DNA of 64,000 nt from Eledone cirrhosa (Eukaryota): the NCBI GenBank assembly GCA_964016885.1, contig OZ024761.1:22692001-22756000 (forward strand), given 5' to 3'. Each line of letters starts with the position of its first letter. Position 1 is the stretch's first letter. The translations under genes and the position numbers were made by a program. Positions 29,169 to 40,415 of this stretch are shown piece after piece. The notes beneath the pieces are model-generated. The model was not told where the DNA came from. It saw only the letters and a program-made list of their open reading frames with translations, and did no database searches.

Positions 29169-32100
29169 TTATATATATATATATAAATATAAAAAATCTT
29201 TATAAGATATACAAAAATTAATGTTAGCAAAGCCTGTTTTCTCTGTATTGGATTATCAAAACATTTGTTGTTTGGTTAAATTGTTTACCCTTCTAAGGTC
29301 AATAAAATAAAGTACCAGTAAACTACTAGGATTGATTTATTTGCCTCCCCTTTCTAAATCCGCCCCGAAATATTACTGCTATTGTGTCTAAATTAGAATT
29401 CATTATTTTTTTGTTTTTGCATATTTTAGATTACGAGTCATTTGAAAAGAGAAGGCACCTCTAGCGTGATGAATTGGATCGGAAGTCACCAGGACCTAAT
29501 GAATGCTTTAAACATTCCAGATCAATCATCAAATACTGAATCCTATTCTAAATCTCTTTCGTCAGCCACCAAAACTGAATCAGCAATAGGGGCCAAATTA
29601 GCTAAAATGATCCCCAAAACGTCTCCCGTTCCTAAGGCAGACTTTGAAGAATTTGGTTCCACAATCGACATTACGTCTCTGAAAAATGATGCCAAAAGAA
29701 AATTTGCCAGTAAATATGAAAAAGTCAATAAACAATTGAAAAACTCTTCGGGAGATTCCTTAAAACGGAAGATCAAATTATCCAAAGACAAATTCTCTCT
29801 TAAGAGTGCTCCCTTGAAGGAGAAGATCTCTACAGATAAAAAGGGGTCGCTGACTTCAGTGTCTTCTTCAAAACCTGACAAAGAGAAGAAGGCATTTGTT
29901 CCAAGCAAGAAACCAACCACAAATACATCATCATTATCATTATCATTATCATCATCATCATCATCATCATCACTTCAAGGCAAAAGTAATTCAAGTGTTC
30001 CTGCTAAATCTACGACTTCTACTTCTATTTCTACTTCTGCTACTGCTACTGCTTCTACCACTGCTGTTCCAAAAAGCATCATGAAAATCCCCCGAACAGC
30101 TGAGCCCCTGCCAAAAGGCACTGGCAAACCTCCTTCCAGCTTCCCGGCTACTGACCAATCTTTGAAAGTTGATCTCCTCCTTGACTCAATTATTGAACCT
30201 CCCACCCCTCCTGTTGTTGTATCAGAAACGAAGAAGCCCAAATCCGTCATATCTTTTGAAGCTTACAAGGAAAAACGCTTAAAACCCAAATCTCCACCCC
30301 GGGAAAAGATGAATGTTTTCGACTCATTACAAGATTTCTTCCCAGCAGAAAAGGAACCACCAATGTTTGACAAACCAAAGACAGAGAAACCTGTTTTGGA
30401 ACCCCCGCCTCCCAAAGAGCCTGAGCTAAATAATTTGTTCAGCACTTTGGCTGCTCCCACTAATTACCGTGACCCAAGGCTGGCCACCTCTCAAAAAGAA
30501 CTCCCACTTCCAAAGATACCTCTTCCGTTGATGAAGATCCCTCTTCCCTTGCCAAAGGTTATTCCTCCTTTAATGAATATGAACCCAATATTACCGCTGG
30601 GTCTCCCACCTCTGTTGCCTGGAAATCCACCTTTGCTCCCATTACTAATGCCACCAATAACAAAACCACCCCCAATATTAAAAGGTGCAACTCAACTGAA
30701 TAAATCTACCCCACAGTCTCCCAAAATTATTCCCCAGTCCCCTACAATTATTCCATCATCCAACAAGACATCCCCTTCTTTAAGGGATGACCCGAAAATA
30801 TTTCCTAAAAATAAACCTTCGTCTAAGAAACCTCCTCCCTCTTCCACTCTCCCTAAAACTATACCTACTTCAGTGACAGTCTCTCTAAAGGACCCTAGGG
30901 AACAAGTTTGCCTTGTTGACCCTCGGCTTGCTAAAAACCCTTCCTTGGCTGCCTCTAAAGGTTCACCTTCACAACCTCAAACATCACAAGATGTACATTC
31001 ATCAAAAGAGGAGCCTGTACATGACCCTTCTCTACCGAGGGATCCAAGACTTTTACGTATGAACAGAGATTTGTTGGGTACAACTCCTTCGACAACCGAT
31101 GCCAACAAACCCGTCAAACCTCTCCTTTTACAGGAACCTTGTCCAGATATATATAACCCTATAAAGATAAACAGTGAGGATATTGAGGACGTATCTGCAC
31201 ATCCTGGTCAAGATTTGACAGGTTCCTCTAAAACAGTTATCAACAAAAAGCCTTGGAACCTCTGTGTCATCCAAACATCAGTTGATAAACCTAAACCAAC
31301 CTACGGACCAAAACAGCCATCAGCAATCCCCACCAACAAAGACATCATGCCTGCAATTCCCAAACTTCCTCAAGAACTAAAGTCAGAAAGTTCCAAAGAC
31401 AACCTCCCAGACTATGCTAAATTCTCTAAAGAAATCACGAAAGGTTTCAAACCTTCAACAGCCATTTCCCTTGATAAAGAGGAAACATTTTCCCCCGTGT
31501 CACCCGAGAGAAGTGAGGAACCGACCAAGGGGAAGCAGCCTGTTCCTCAGCAAAACGAACCCGGAAACGATAATAAAACGTGGGGCTTCTACAGGGAAAT
31601 GTTACCACGGAAATCTGTATCCGACAACACAAACACAATCTCTGATGAAGATTTGGCACTTTTGGCTTCAAAGCAGAAATCTGGTGGTGGCGGCAAGACC
31701 AAATCAGAGAGGAATAGCAATATGAAAGATTTCTCCCCTGGTCACTGTATGAATATTGACAGTGATGACAGTGACAATTCCAATACGATTGGTGAAGACC
31801 TCACAAAACCGCTGTACATTGATGAAGGTGCTAGTGGTACATCCCACTCAGATAACCGACTGTCCCATATTAAGAAGGTGCTGAGATCTCTCAATGACAG
31901 TGACAGTGATAGTGATGACAGCAGCTGTGATGCAATGAACTGGGGATTGCTGACCACATACCGAAGTGACACACGTAAAACTATGTCTCAAAACCAACCA
32001 AAATCTCGTGGAAACGACAAGAATCTCTTCCAATCCTTAAGCGAAGATTTTGACTCCATTTCTCCGAATGAGCCAATAAAAGATGAAGGCTCGGAGAAAG

Positions 32101-35100
32101 CACCGACGTCTTTGGATATCGGCAAACTGTTCAGTGCCTACGACTACAAGGGGCAGGGAAGGGAGTCGTCGAATGACACGTCTCACATCTGGATGAAGAG
32201 TCTGACCACATTGAGCCAGGCAAAAGCTGTGTCATCATTGAACATATCAGACGAGATGATGGACATTCTGCGTAAAGTTGTGAAAGGAAGTAAAGACAGC
32301 AAGGACAGCAACTCAACCACTGGTGGCTTAAATTGTGATAGAAATAACAAAGACAAACTTAGTGGCGATGACAATGAGAGCAATTCTGTGGCGCAGTCTA
32401 AACATAAGATTGGAGCGGAGGAGAAGGAAGAGGAGGACAGTGTGAAGGGCTGCCCTAGAGGAGAAGAAAAAGAAGAGGAAGAGGCCAAGAAAAATACTGC
32501 CGGTTCCAATACAGCCAACACCAAAAAGCAATCATTAAGTGAAATGTATAGTCCAACTCACTCCACCATGGACGATATTGATGACGAAATGGAAGGGTTT
32601 ATGTCAGGGAGGGCTATACCTGTCATTAAATCGACCAAACAGAGAACGTTATCAAAATCTGTGAAAAGATCCAGATCTCAATCACCCACATCGTTCTCTC
32701 CATTAAATCTCTTCCCTCCACCAAATTGGCTTCCCACCACACAGTCACCTTTCATGGTATCTCCGAACCCATTGAAGAATATAGACTGGTCAATTCCACC
32801 TCCTAGCTCACCGTTGACCAATTCCCTCCAATCACAACAATTCCTCTGGTCATCCACACTCAGTATGTCTCACTCCCTGCTTGCCAAGAATATACCTTTT
32901 CCTGTTGGGTTTCCAAAGCCAGGCGTATGTGCCACAAACCCTCTTCTAATGAACAGACCCATAAACCCTTTGATGGTCCCCAAACCAACAGATTTAGCCG
33001 ACTGGTTTGCTGACAAGATCAACCCCAAAAAACAGGCATCATCTGTAAATGTTAACCAACCATCATCATCATTATCATCAGTTCCTGTTAATAGACTCGT
33101 GACTGAAAGTAGATCACAATTCGAAAATAAATCCAAAGATACAGGTTTAAATCAAGATTTAAAAGAAAGAAGTGCTGCTTCTGTTGATTCTGAAAATGCA
33201 GTTCATGGAATTTCTGAGCTGCAGTCTCTCTCTAAAGATCAGGAGAAAGAAAGAAGTGAACTGAGCAGGTCTTCTTGTTACAGTCCAACTGATAAAACTT
33301 TGGAGCTTTCCTCATTGTCTTGTGTTGACCATTCACAGTCATCGGAATCTTCAAAAGATGGATTAGCCGAAAAGGCTGACAATGTTAAAATGAAGAAATC
33401 TTCCTCGAATGAGCTGTTTGTACCTTCAGTAAAAGTGGAATCTTCCTCTCATAACAAGGCAATGTCAGAGTCAAGCCAGAAAACCTCTAGAAAAGTACTG
33501 AGTTCTTTAAAAGGTGACGATTGTGATGTCTCTGTTAATAATGAGAAGATTAATGACAATAATACAGCTTCTGGCATGCTGAAGCGGAGTTCTGATGAGC
33601 GAATGTCCTCCACTGAATGTGCGGACACCTCTCAGGAAGCAGATCCACTCTCCGATAGTATGGTATCAGATGATATCAACAGTGAAGTCTCCAAACTTTT
33701 ATCATATATGGGCGCCAAGAAAAGACGAAGTAGCAAGGACAGAAGCAAGTCTTCAAGCAGTTCTTCGAAGAGTAAACACTCCAAGAGAGACAAGCACGAT
33801 GATGCCTCACGCCTCATACCAAAGTCTGTCCAGATATCAACAATTAATTCGAGAAAACTGAAAGAAGCATCTTTGCCAGAGTCTAACAGAAAACTTCTCA
33901 AAGAGCTGGCCAAACAGTTTTCTAAACGGAAGCACAAGTCTGACCTGCAGGCTCTACTGGAATCGGTGAAGAAGATAAAAAAAGAACTGGCTTCACAGCC
34001 TCCCGAACACAAGGAAGACCATCCGTCGTCAGGAGGAAAGATATCCGATGCGGGTGATAAAGCCGAGAGGGTCGTGTGGGTGAACAAGAAGGAACAGCAG
34101 AAGTCAGGCAGCAAAAGATCATCCAGTGAAAAAAGTTGCGGAAGATCAAAACATCATAAACCATTGGATAAGAAATGGTCGGATAATCTTTGGAAACCTG
34201 TGAAGGAAGTAGTGGAGGAAAAGAAACCACGAAGCAGTGATGCTGCTCTGATAGTGATAAACTATAAACAGAAGGGGGTTAGTGAGAAGACAGTAGAGGA
34301 GTATAGTAAGACTAAGACAAGTAATAGCAGCAAGTCTAAAGAGTCGGGAGACAAAGAAGAAGGAGAAGATAGCGGTGAGGTAGAGAAGAAGGAAGAGGAA
34401 GGTGGGGATTCTGAACTGGAAGAAGGAGAACTACCTGACGAAGACGACGAAAGTGACAATAACAATGAAAAGGAAAGATACGAGTCAATAAGACAGTCGG
34501 AATCATTTGAGAGTTTCCCAGGGGAGAGATGGTGGCTTGACAAACGGGACCACCCGAATGATGACAGGTTCTTTGAGCCTAATCAAAGTAGACCACCAAG
34601 AGACATACCGTGGGATATGGAAAATAAACCTGAAGACTTTCGACATCCCCACATGGATAACTATTCCATTGAACAACCGGAAGGATACTCCCGGGAATGT
34701 TTTCCGCTGAAGAGAGGCGAGCCATTCCCACACAACAGCATGGACAACTATCCTTTCCAACCACCTGAAGGTTATTCAATGAATTTGGTGGATAATTATC
34801 CACCAGGAGATGACGATAATTTTCAATACAACAGGCCTGAAGATGGCCCACACAACCAGATGGACAATTTCCCCCGAGGCCGGCCCGATGGTAACATGCG
34901 AGGTCAATCTAAGAACTACCACGGGAAACGTGGCCCTTTCTCCCATGGTGGGAAATTTGCTCCTTTCCTTCCAAACAAAATGGGTAGCTGCATGCCAGAA
35001 GATTCTAATAACTTTGAAATGGAATCCGAGGAACATAAAAAGTTTCCCAGAGGAAAACCTGAAAATCTTCTCCAAAGAGGAAAGGCAAACAAAAGAACGA

Positions 35101-38100
35101 GAACGAGAACGAGAACGAGAACAAGAACGAGACGTCGCACATTTAAGAAACACGAGCCGTCCCATAATCCAGGCGATTATTGTCAGGATAAAAATGATGG
35201 ATTCCTCTACGAGAAAGCTGACAACTACTTTTTTGATAAAGGTTTCCAATATAATCAGCCAGAGAATTTCTTCCTTGGCAACAATGGCGGTGGTTATGGA
35301 CCTGATAAGGGAGAACCTTTTAACTGTGATAATGATCAGATGGGGCCTATAGCCCCCAATTTCAATCAGTTTATCAACCCCTGGCATCCCAATGAAATGG
35401 AAGGCAACAACATGTTACGGTTTCCCAAACATGGGAAGAGCGTTTTCGACAGACTTTCTATCAAGGATACAAAGTTGGAAGTGGGTGGAAGGGGTTTCAG
35501 AGGTAAACATCCGTTCCCTGGTGATGCCCCCTCTCACTTAGAAGACGGCTCAATTCCTTTCTCTAATAGCAAGAAGAAAAAGCTCAAGCCAGACAAGGAT
35601 GACATAAGCTATGATGAACTGCTGGAACAAACAGCGAAGCAGTTGAAAGAACCCCTTGAGGAAGAAGATGAAAAGAAGTCCTGCTCGTTTGAAACCATCG
35701 ATGAATATGTCCAGATGTTTGTTGAACAAGGTTGTAGTGAATACAACATTATAAAGAAGGTGCTCGGCGTATCACTGGACACACGCTTTGATACCATGTC
35801 GAAAACACGAAGGAAAAAGATTCGGAAGAAGATACAGAGTCAGTTACAGGCCCTAAAACAGGCCCCAACAATTAACAACGACAACGAAATACCAGGTCCT
35901 TTTGGTAAGATACCACCTTTGTCTTCTGTTGCTTCATCTTCAGAACCAGCACCTTTCAATTTAGATCTCATTCCTGGCTATAGTTCTTTGAAGTCGATGT
36001 CTGATTCCATAGAATTCTTGCAGAACATAATGTGGTTAAAACAACGGTCAGATGATGATTTAGTCCACCATTCCCAGTCGTCTTCTGAGACGCCGGATGA
36101 CTCCGATGATGAGGGAAATAATACAAGCGATGTGGGCCTGCCGGAGGATGCTGATATCCAAGACCCCGAAATCAGGCGTGCTGTGCATAAAGTTCGGGTG
36201 AACATGATCTCAGCTGGCAAAAGAAACGGCATGGGAATTCCGCACCAGAAAATTCCCCTTAGTCTGCTATTGGCTGAAGAAAAAGACAGTCTTTACTCAT
36301 CTGAAGGCTGCTTTCTTATTCTGATGCGAAAGATTCCTCCCAAGTCCGTTGAGCGTTTGGTAACGCTACGAGAGGTGCTTGATCATATCAATTGTGAGAT
36401 GCATCTAGCACAGAAGACCAACGACGCACCAAAGTTTCAGACTTTACAGGCAACCAAAATGAATCTACACGAGCGGCGTAAGTGTGTCCTAGAGAAGTTC
36501 ACTGGCCTCCTCAATAAGAAACGTCTACGGTTAATAGACAAAGCCTGTAAGAAATACCAGTGCTGTCTGGACTATATGAATGCTAATCCCGATTCACTGA
36601 AAAATATAGACAAGGAATTTGTTGTGAAGAGTGTGAAAGCCATCCAAGGGCACAGAAGCACTGTTAAAAATATCCTTGTAAGTCTTAATGTGTTTCTTGT
36701 CTGTGTTTTTATTAAAGGATTTGGGGCAGGTGTGTAGAGGGTTGGTTGTTTAGTGAGTTGGTCATAGGGTTATTTACTCCAGTAAATACCACTGCATGCC
36801 AACCACTAATTTAATTTGAAAGAAGAACTTTTATGTAATTTTCCTTGGTTAGAATTATCTCTCTACATTCGAAGTAATAATTGAAGCATGACGAATATCT
36901 CAAAACGAGTGTCAATAACAATTCGTATTTATTGTAGTGCGTGCATTTCAATTTGGTAACAAAACGTACCCTGTTAGATGATAGAAGTGTAATCCTGAAA
37001 TATAAGATAGGATTAGAAAAAGCTTAACATATTTGTGCTCGGTGTGAGGGTGTACTGGGTGTAATTTATCATGACACCAACACTACCACTTTACAGAGTG
37101 TACTGGGTGTATTTTATCCTGTTACCAGTAACACCACCTTACAGGGTGTACTGGGTGTATTTTATCCTGTCACCAGTACCACCTCTTTACAGAGTGTACT
37201 GGGTGTATTTTATTTTGTCACCAGTACCACCTCTTTACAGAGTGTACTGGGTGTATTTTATCCTGTCAGCAGTACCACCACTTTACAGAGTGTACTGGGT
37301 GTATTTTATCCTATCGCCAGCACTACCACTTGTACAGCAAGATACAACTATATACTAAATATACTAGAACATAAATAAACTGAAATTCTGAGATAATCTT
37401 TTAACTATTATTACTTATGTTTGACATGTCTAATTTCAAATCATGACTTTCTTTTCTTATTATTTCCAGGAAAACAAGGACTGTAATATTCCACCACCAC
37501 CTCCACCTCTTCCTCCTCCTCCTCACTTACTCCCTAACAACCAGATGCCTGTAGGCATGACCAACCCAGGTTTGTAATATTCATTATTTCTGTAAGGATG
37601 TCTTACAATTTATCAACTAGTAAAGATATCATCATCATCAGGTTTAGCGTCCGTGTTCCACGCTTGCATCGGTTTGGACGGGGGTTTTCCCACTTGAGGC
37701 AAGAGTGGTTGTCTTGCTCGTATAGGACTGTCTGGCGGGTTTTCTACAGTTGGATGCCCTTCCTAACACCAACCACATTTACAGTGTGGGGCTGGGAGGT
37801 TTTTACCGTGTTGCCTACACGGCCACATTTACAGCGTGGACTGTGTGTTTTTTGTCGTGACACCTACACGATCTCATTTGTTTCGGCCTGGATGTTGTGG
37901 GACCAACATAAAAACATTTGAATTAACAAAACTATTTTTAGAGATATTTCTGTTGAATCATTACGAGATGTTAAGATGGTATTTTACATTGGAACATAAC
38001 TTAAGAAAAGGTTTTTATATCAAATTATCATCATCATCATTATTTTACGTCCGCTTTTCCCTGCTTGCAGGATTGGTCCTATTCAGCACAGCATCTCTCC

Positions 38101-38920
38101 ACTTGTCATGGTCCTTCGTCAACTCCTCTCAGCTTGATCTGAGGTCTGCTCTCACCACCTCCGCCCATGTTTTTCGTGGTCTTCCTCTACTGCGTCCTCC
38201 TTTTACTGGGATTTCTTGGCACTTCTTTACCCAGCAGTCATCCTCCATGCATCTCACATGTCCATACCATCTCAGTCTTCTCTCCTGCACACTACAAATT
38301 ATCCCTCTTATACCCAGTTTCTCTCTCAACTCGTCTATGCTTGGTCATTCATGTACATTGACATTGCACATCCAACGGAGCATGCTTGCTTCATTTCTCT
38401 CCAGCCATTGCATATCCTCTGCAGTTGCTGCCCATATCTCACTACCATGCAGCATTGCGCATCTCACACAGGCATCATATAACCAGCCTTTCGTACACAG
38501 GGAGAAACCGTTCTTTGTCAGCAGAGGAAGCAGCTCCCTAAACTTCTTCCAACCCGTCCTTATTCTAGATACTATGACCTCGGACCCCCCCCCCCCTCCC
38601 TCACGTTGAAAGATTTTTATTTAGATAGCACCCTTTTAAAATGAGTGGCTTTGTTTGATGAAAGTAGAGCCAGCTTTATTTGGGTTAGGATGAAAAGAAT
38701 TAAGTATTTCTCTTTAATCTTTTTTTTGTATTTTAATTTATATATTAATTAATTATTTTTCTTTAATCTTTTTTTGTGTAATTAATTCATATATTAATTA
38801 ATTTTCTTTTCTTTATCTTCTACAGATGCCTTCCGATGTGAATCGTCTATGAATGGCCTGGAGTTCCAAAAAGCCCTCCGTTTCCTTGTTTCAAATTGTC
38901 AAGACAACTATGGTCCCTAA
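19906..38920 (+). CDS. TASOR: TASOR/FAM208-like (DUF3715 pseudo-PARP) protein, ~3612 aa; join(19906..19966,20488..20638,21819..21967,22699..22802,23454..23591,24016..25563,26095..26313,27578..28603,29430..36677,37470..37569,38826..38920)
   Basis: The spliced N-terminus FNIPK..EIDPKSRDAKEVL..SRSYLD..VRNTELEQLY..RTELKDEGRHSREL..GVYLSKHAD..VMMGKCK..IEPTPNYDCHV..QIYLYEYDDDG..RPRHCLPFAVITY follows the recalled human TASOR DUF3715 motif order (FQIPRK..SREF..SYL..NELLE..RELK.DGR..GVYLSRYAD..IMKGK..DPTPKHECHV..QYYFYEY..RPRHVCPYAVV). All introns are GT-AG with matching phases; total 10839 nt. In-frame stops just upstream of ATG 19906 fix the start. Orthology to TASOR versus TEX15 is not resolved. Confidence 0.8.
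20020..20430. repeat. ~40-bp degenerate minisatellite
   Basis: tagggtttactagagctgttgtga..taaacatatga. Confidence 0.8.
20488..20638 (+). CDS. TASOR: TASOR-like coding exon 2
   Basis: tttcAG|AC..; DNLLEIDPKSRDAKEVLANVSRSYLDQ..LEQLY; donor AG|gttggt. Confidence 0.88.
20657..21282 (+). mobile_element. TTAA-type MITE family B fragment carrying a 20/21-bp minisatellite (20688-21240)
   Basis: TTAA|CCCTTTCAATACCAACC..; flanks of the array match the unexpanded copy at 10353-10453; unit gaaattacctttggttt(t/at)at, ~27 copies. Confidence 0.6.
21819..21967 (+). CDS. TASOR: TASOR-like coding exon 3
   Basis: ttccAG|G; NKRTELKDEGRHSRELTDQIAFCAIRD..NGLSTNNLPFSVI; donor G|gtaagt. Confidence 0.88.
22178..22597 (+). 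mobile_element. piggyBac-type MITE family A, complete, ~3.5 x 72-bp units
   Basis: TTAA|CCCTTTAGCATTTA ... TAAATGCTAAAGGG|TTAA. Confidence 0.85.
22699..22802 (+). CDS. TASOR: TASOR-like coding exon 4
   Basis: tttcAG|GT; GDHNSGVYLSKHADVSL..ALFVFN; donor gtaagt. Confidence 0.88.
23454..23591 (+). CDS. TASOR: TASOR-like coding exon 5
   Basis: ttttAG|GTA; VMMGKCKPV..IEPTPNYDCHV..HRSQ; donor gtttgt. Confidence 0.88.
24016..25563 (+). CDS. TASOR: TASOR-like coding exon 6 (end of DUF3715 plus Pro-rich region)
   Basis: tccAG|ATC; IYLYEYDDDGMPASRPRHCLPFAVITYE..; 516 open codons; donor AAG|gtattg. Confidence 0.88.
26095..26313 (+). CDS. TASOR: TASOR-like coding exon 7
   Basis: tacAG|AAA; KYSLNKLSIDDLKKLKDYV..DYTE; donor gtaagt; phase 0/0. 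Confidence 0.8.
26608..27364. repeat. 35-bp minisatellite, ~21 copies
   Basis: ctctagattctcagtaatcccttcaccaacaaccc. Confidence 0.95.
27578..28603 (+). CDS. TASOR: TASOR-like coding exon 8
   Basis: ttttAG|GAA; 342 open codons ending VKLNDCIKQ; donor gtgaga. Confidence 0.85.
29430..36677 (+). CDS. TASOR: TASOR-like coding exon 9 (7,248 bp)
   Basis: ttttAG|ATT; 2416 uninterrupted codons; donor CTT|gtaagt. Confidence 0.9.
37044..37332. repeat. ~48-bp minisatellite (SINE-derived), ~6 copies
   Basis: ctttacagagtgtactgggtgtattttatcctgtcaccagtaccacc. Confidence 0.85.
37470..37569 (+). CDS. TASOR: TASOR-like coding exon 10 (poly-Pro)
   Basis: ttccAG|GAA; ENKDCNIPPPPPPLPPPPHLL..TNP; donor G|gtttgt, or read-through to TAA at 37575-37577. 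Confidence 0.72.
38027..38582 (-). mobile_element. RTE-clade LINE 3' fragment
   Basis: Minus-strand translation REKLGIRGI..VQERRLRWYGHV..GGRSRGRPRKTWAEVV, then a short 3'UTR and (ATG)n tail. Confidence 0.85.
38826..38920 (+). CDS. TASOR: TASOR-like terminal coding exon 11
   Basis: Long polypyrimidine tract plus tacAG; phase-1 join gives DAFRCESSMNGLEFQKALRFLVSNCQDNYGP*. Confidence 0.62.
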
Positions 38921-39264
38921 TCACAGATCTCTGTCTCCCATCAAGTTATCTGGGGAGACCAGCAGTTGATGATAACTTTACAGCAGGATTACACCAGCAG
39001 GAAATTCTGTCTAACAAATGACACATTTAAAAAAAAATGTTATTGAACATCTGTTCACTTTGTCACCCTCTATCTCTTGATACCAGTAATACTACTAGGG
39101 TGTGTTCAAATGCCTATTTTTTACCTTTTAAACATGGTCTTCCTTCCATTTTATTTATTGCATTTTTTTTTTCACTCTCATTTCTACCGATTCTTTCATT
39201 TTACTGTTATGATGATGATGATGATGATGATGTCTATGACAGATGTAAACCTCAGACATTAACA

Positions 39265-39315
<51 letters not shown>

Positions 39316-39446
39316 TTCTACGAAGGTCCCTGAATTTATTTCAGTGAGCCCCAGTCACTACTCCCTCACTCAATGAGATAATAGGCTTGCAAGTGAGGAA
39401 ATGCAAGCTGTCATTCATTCATATATATATATATATATATATATAT

Positions 39447-39712
39447 AGTAAAATAAGACAAGGACGATTGGTTTCTCCTTCAGTACGTTTATTGATTGGT
39501 TCCGCGTGTTTCGCCACTGATCAGCTCAAGGTTCGATCTGTATTGATCTAGCACGTCTCTGTAATCCACGGCTCGTCAGCCCCCTTACTAGGGTAATGGA
39601 AAAATGAATTAAAAAATATAATACACTCCGTATAGCTAGCTCTACACCTCGACACAGAAGTGGACCTAGACATCGAGTGCTCACCCGGGTGAACCTAGTT
39701 ACACTCCCTGGA
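39447..39712 (-). mobile_element. Penelope/retrozyme-like module in (TA)n; paralog of 61140-61295 with a mutated hammerhead cleavage site
   Basis: 39447-39590 is the reverse complement of 61145-61292; core reads CTGACGA-GCC..GGC-GAAACACGCGGA. Confidence 0.6.
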
Positions 39713-39964
39713 TATATATATGTTCATTTCATCAGGGTATTATCACTCTTGGATGAGAGTCTCTCCCTGGATTGCCTCCTGTGACATGTCATAGGCCAGC
39801 TTTGGCCATTCACACTCCATTGACTAGTGAGGTCGTGATATATATATATATATAGTAATAATAATAAATGTGAAGACTAAAATCTGAAGAGGGCTCGAGT
39901 TTCAGAAGATCCCGTTAAGGGTGAAAACAGCGATTCTTTGCTTAAACTTTAATCTGTTATTTTA

Positions 39965-39999
<35 letters not shown>

Positions 40000-40002
<3 letters not shown>

Positions 40003-40415
40003 GATAACAAAATATCGTTATAGATAATCCAGTTAGAGGTTGTGAATACTTCTTATTATGGATAGTTTTAGCGTACGGCCTTGATTGACTCCACAAGAGG
40101 TCTACGTAGATGACGAGGTTATGATTTCACTTGCATTCCTATGTAAGTTTATCTTGGAATAATAAAATTGAATAAGTGAAGAATAACATGGTCAACAGTA
40201 CAATAAAGGGGATTTATTTACAGTCTAACAATTGTAAATTTACCGAATAGTTGTCTCTGATGATCTGATTAAGCTAACATCTTATTTGAAATTGAGTTGC
40301 ACTGCTTCTAGTGTTCAGCAATTTTTAGACAACTTAAGCAGTGAAACAATTGTTAGACTGTAAATAAATCCCTTTTTTGTACTGTTGACCATGTTATTCC
40401 TCACATTTTCAATAT
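40000..40415 (+). mobile_element. Penelope-like pLTR module between (TA)n tracts; relative at 55135-55430
   Basis: Shares its 5' part (gggataacaa..aatccagttagagg..ggatagtttta..gtacggc) and 3' part (gaaacaattgtta..gaccatgttatt) with 55135-55430; internal inverted repeat; hammerhead motif. Confidence 0.55.
40253..40358 (+). ncRNA. Type I hammerhead ribozyme motif with long stem II
   Basis: GTCT-CTGATGA-T-CTGATTAAG..CTTAAGCAG-T-GAAA-CAATTG-T-T-AGAC. Stem I GTCT/AGAC; palindromic stem III; followed by AATAAA; ~70-bp inverted copy of its 3' flank at 40166-40236. Confidence 0.65.

Noticed and set aside
39884-39935. CTGAAGA-GGG..CCC motif
   Set aside because: No GAAA directly after stem II.
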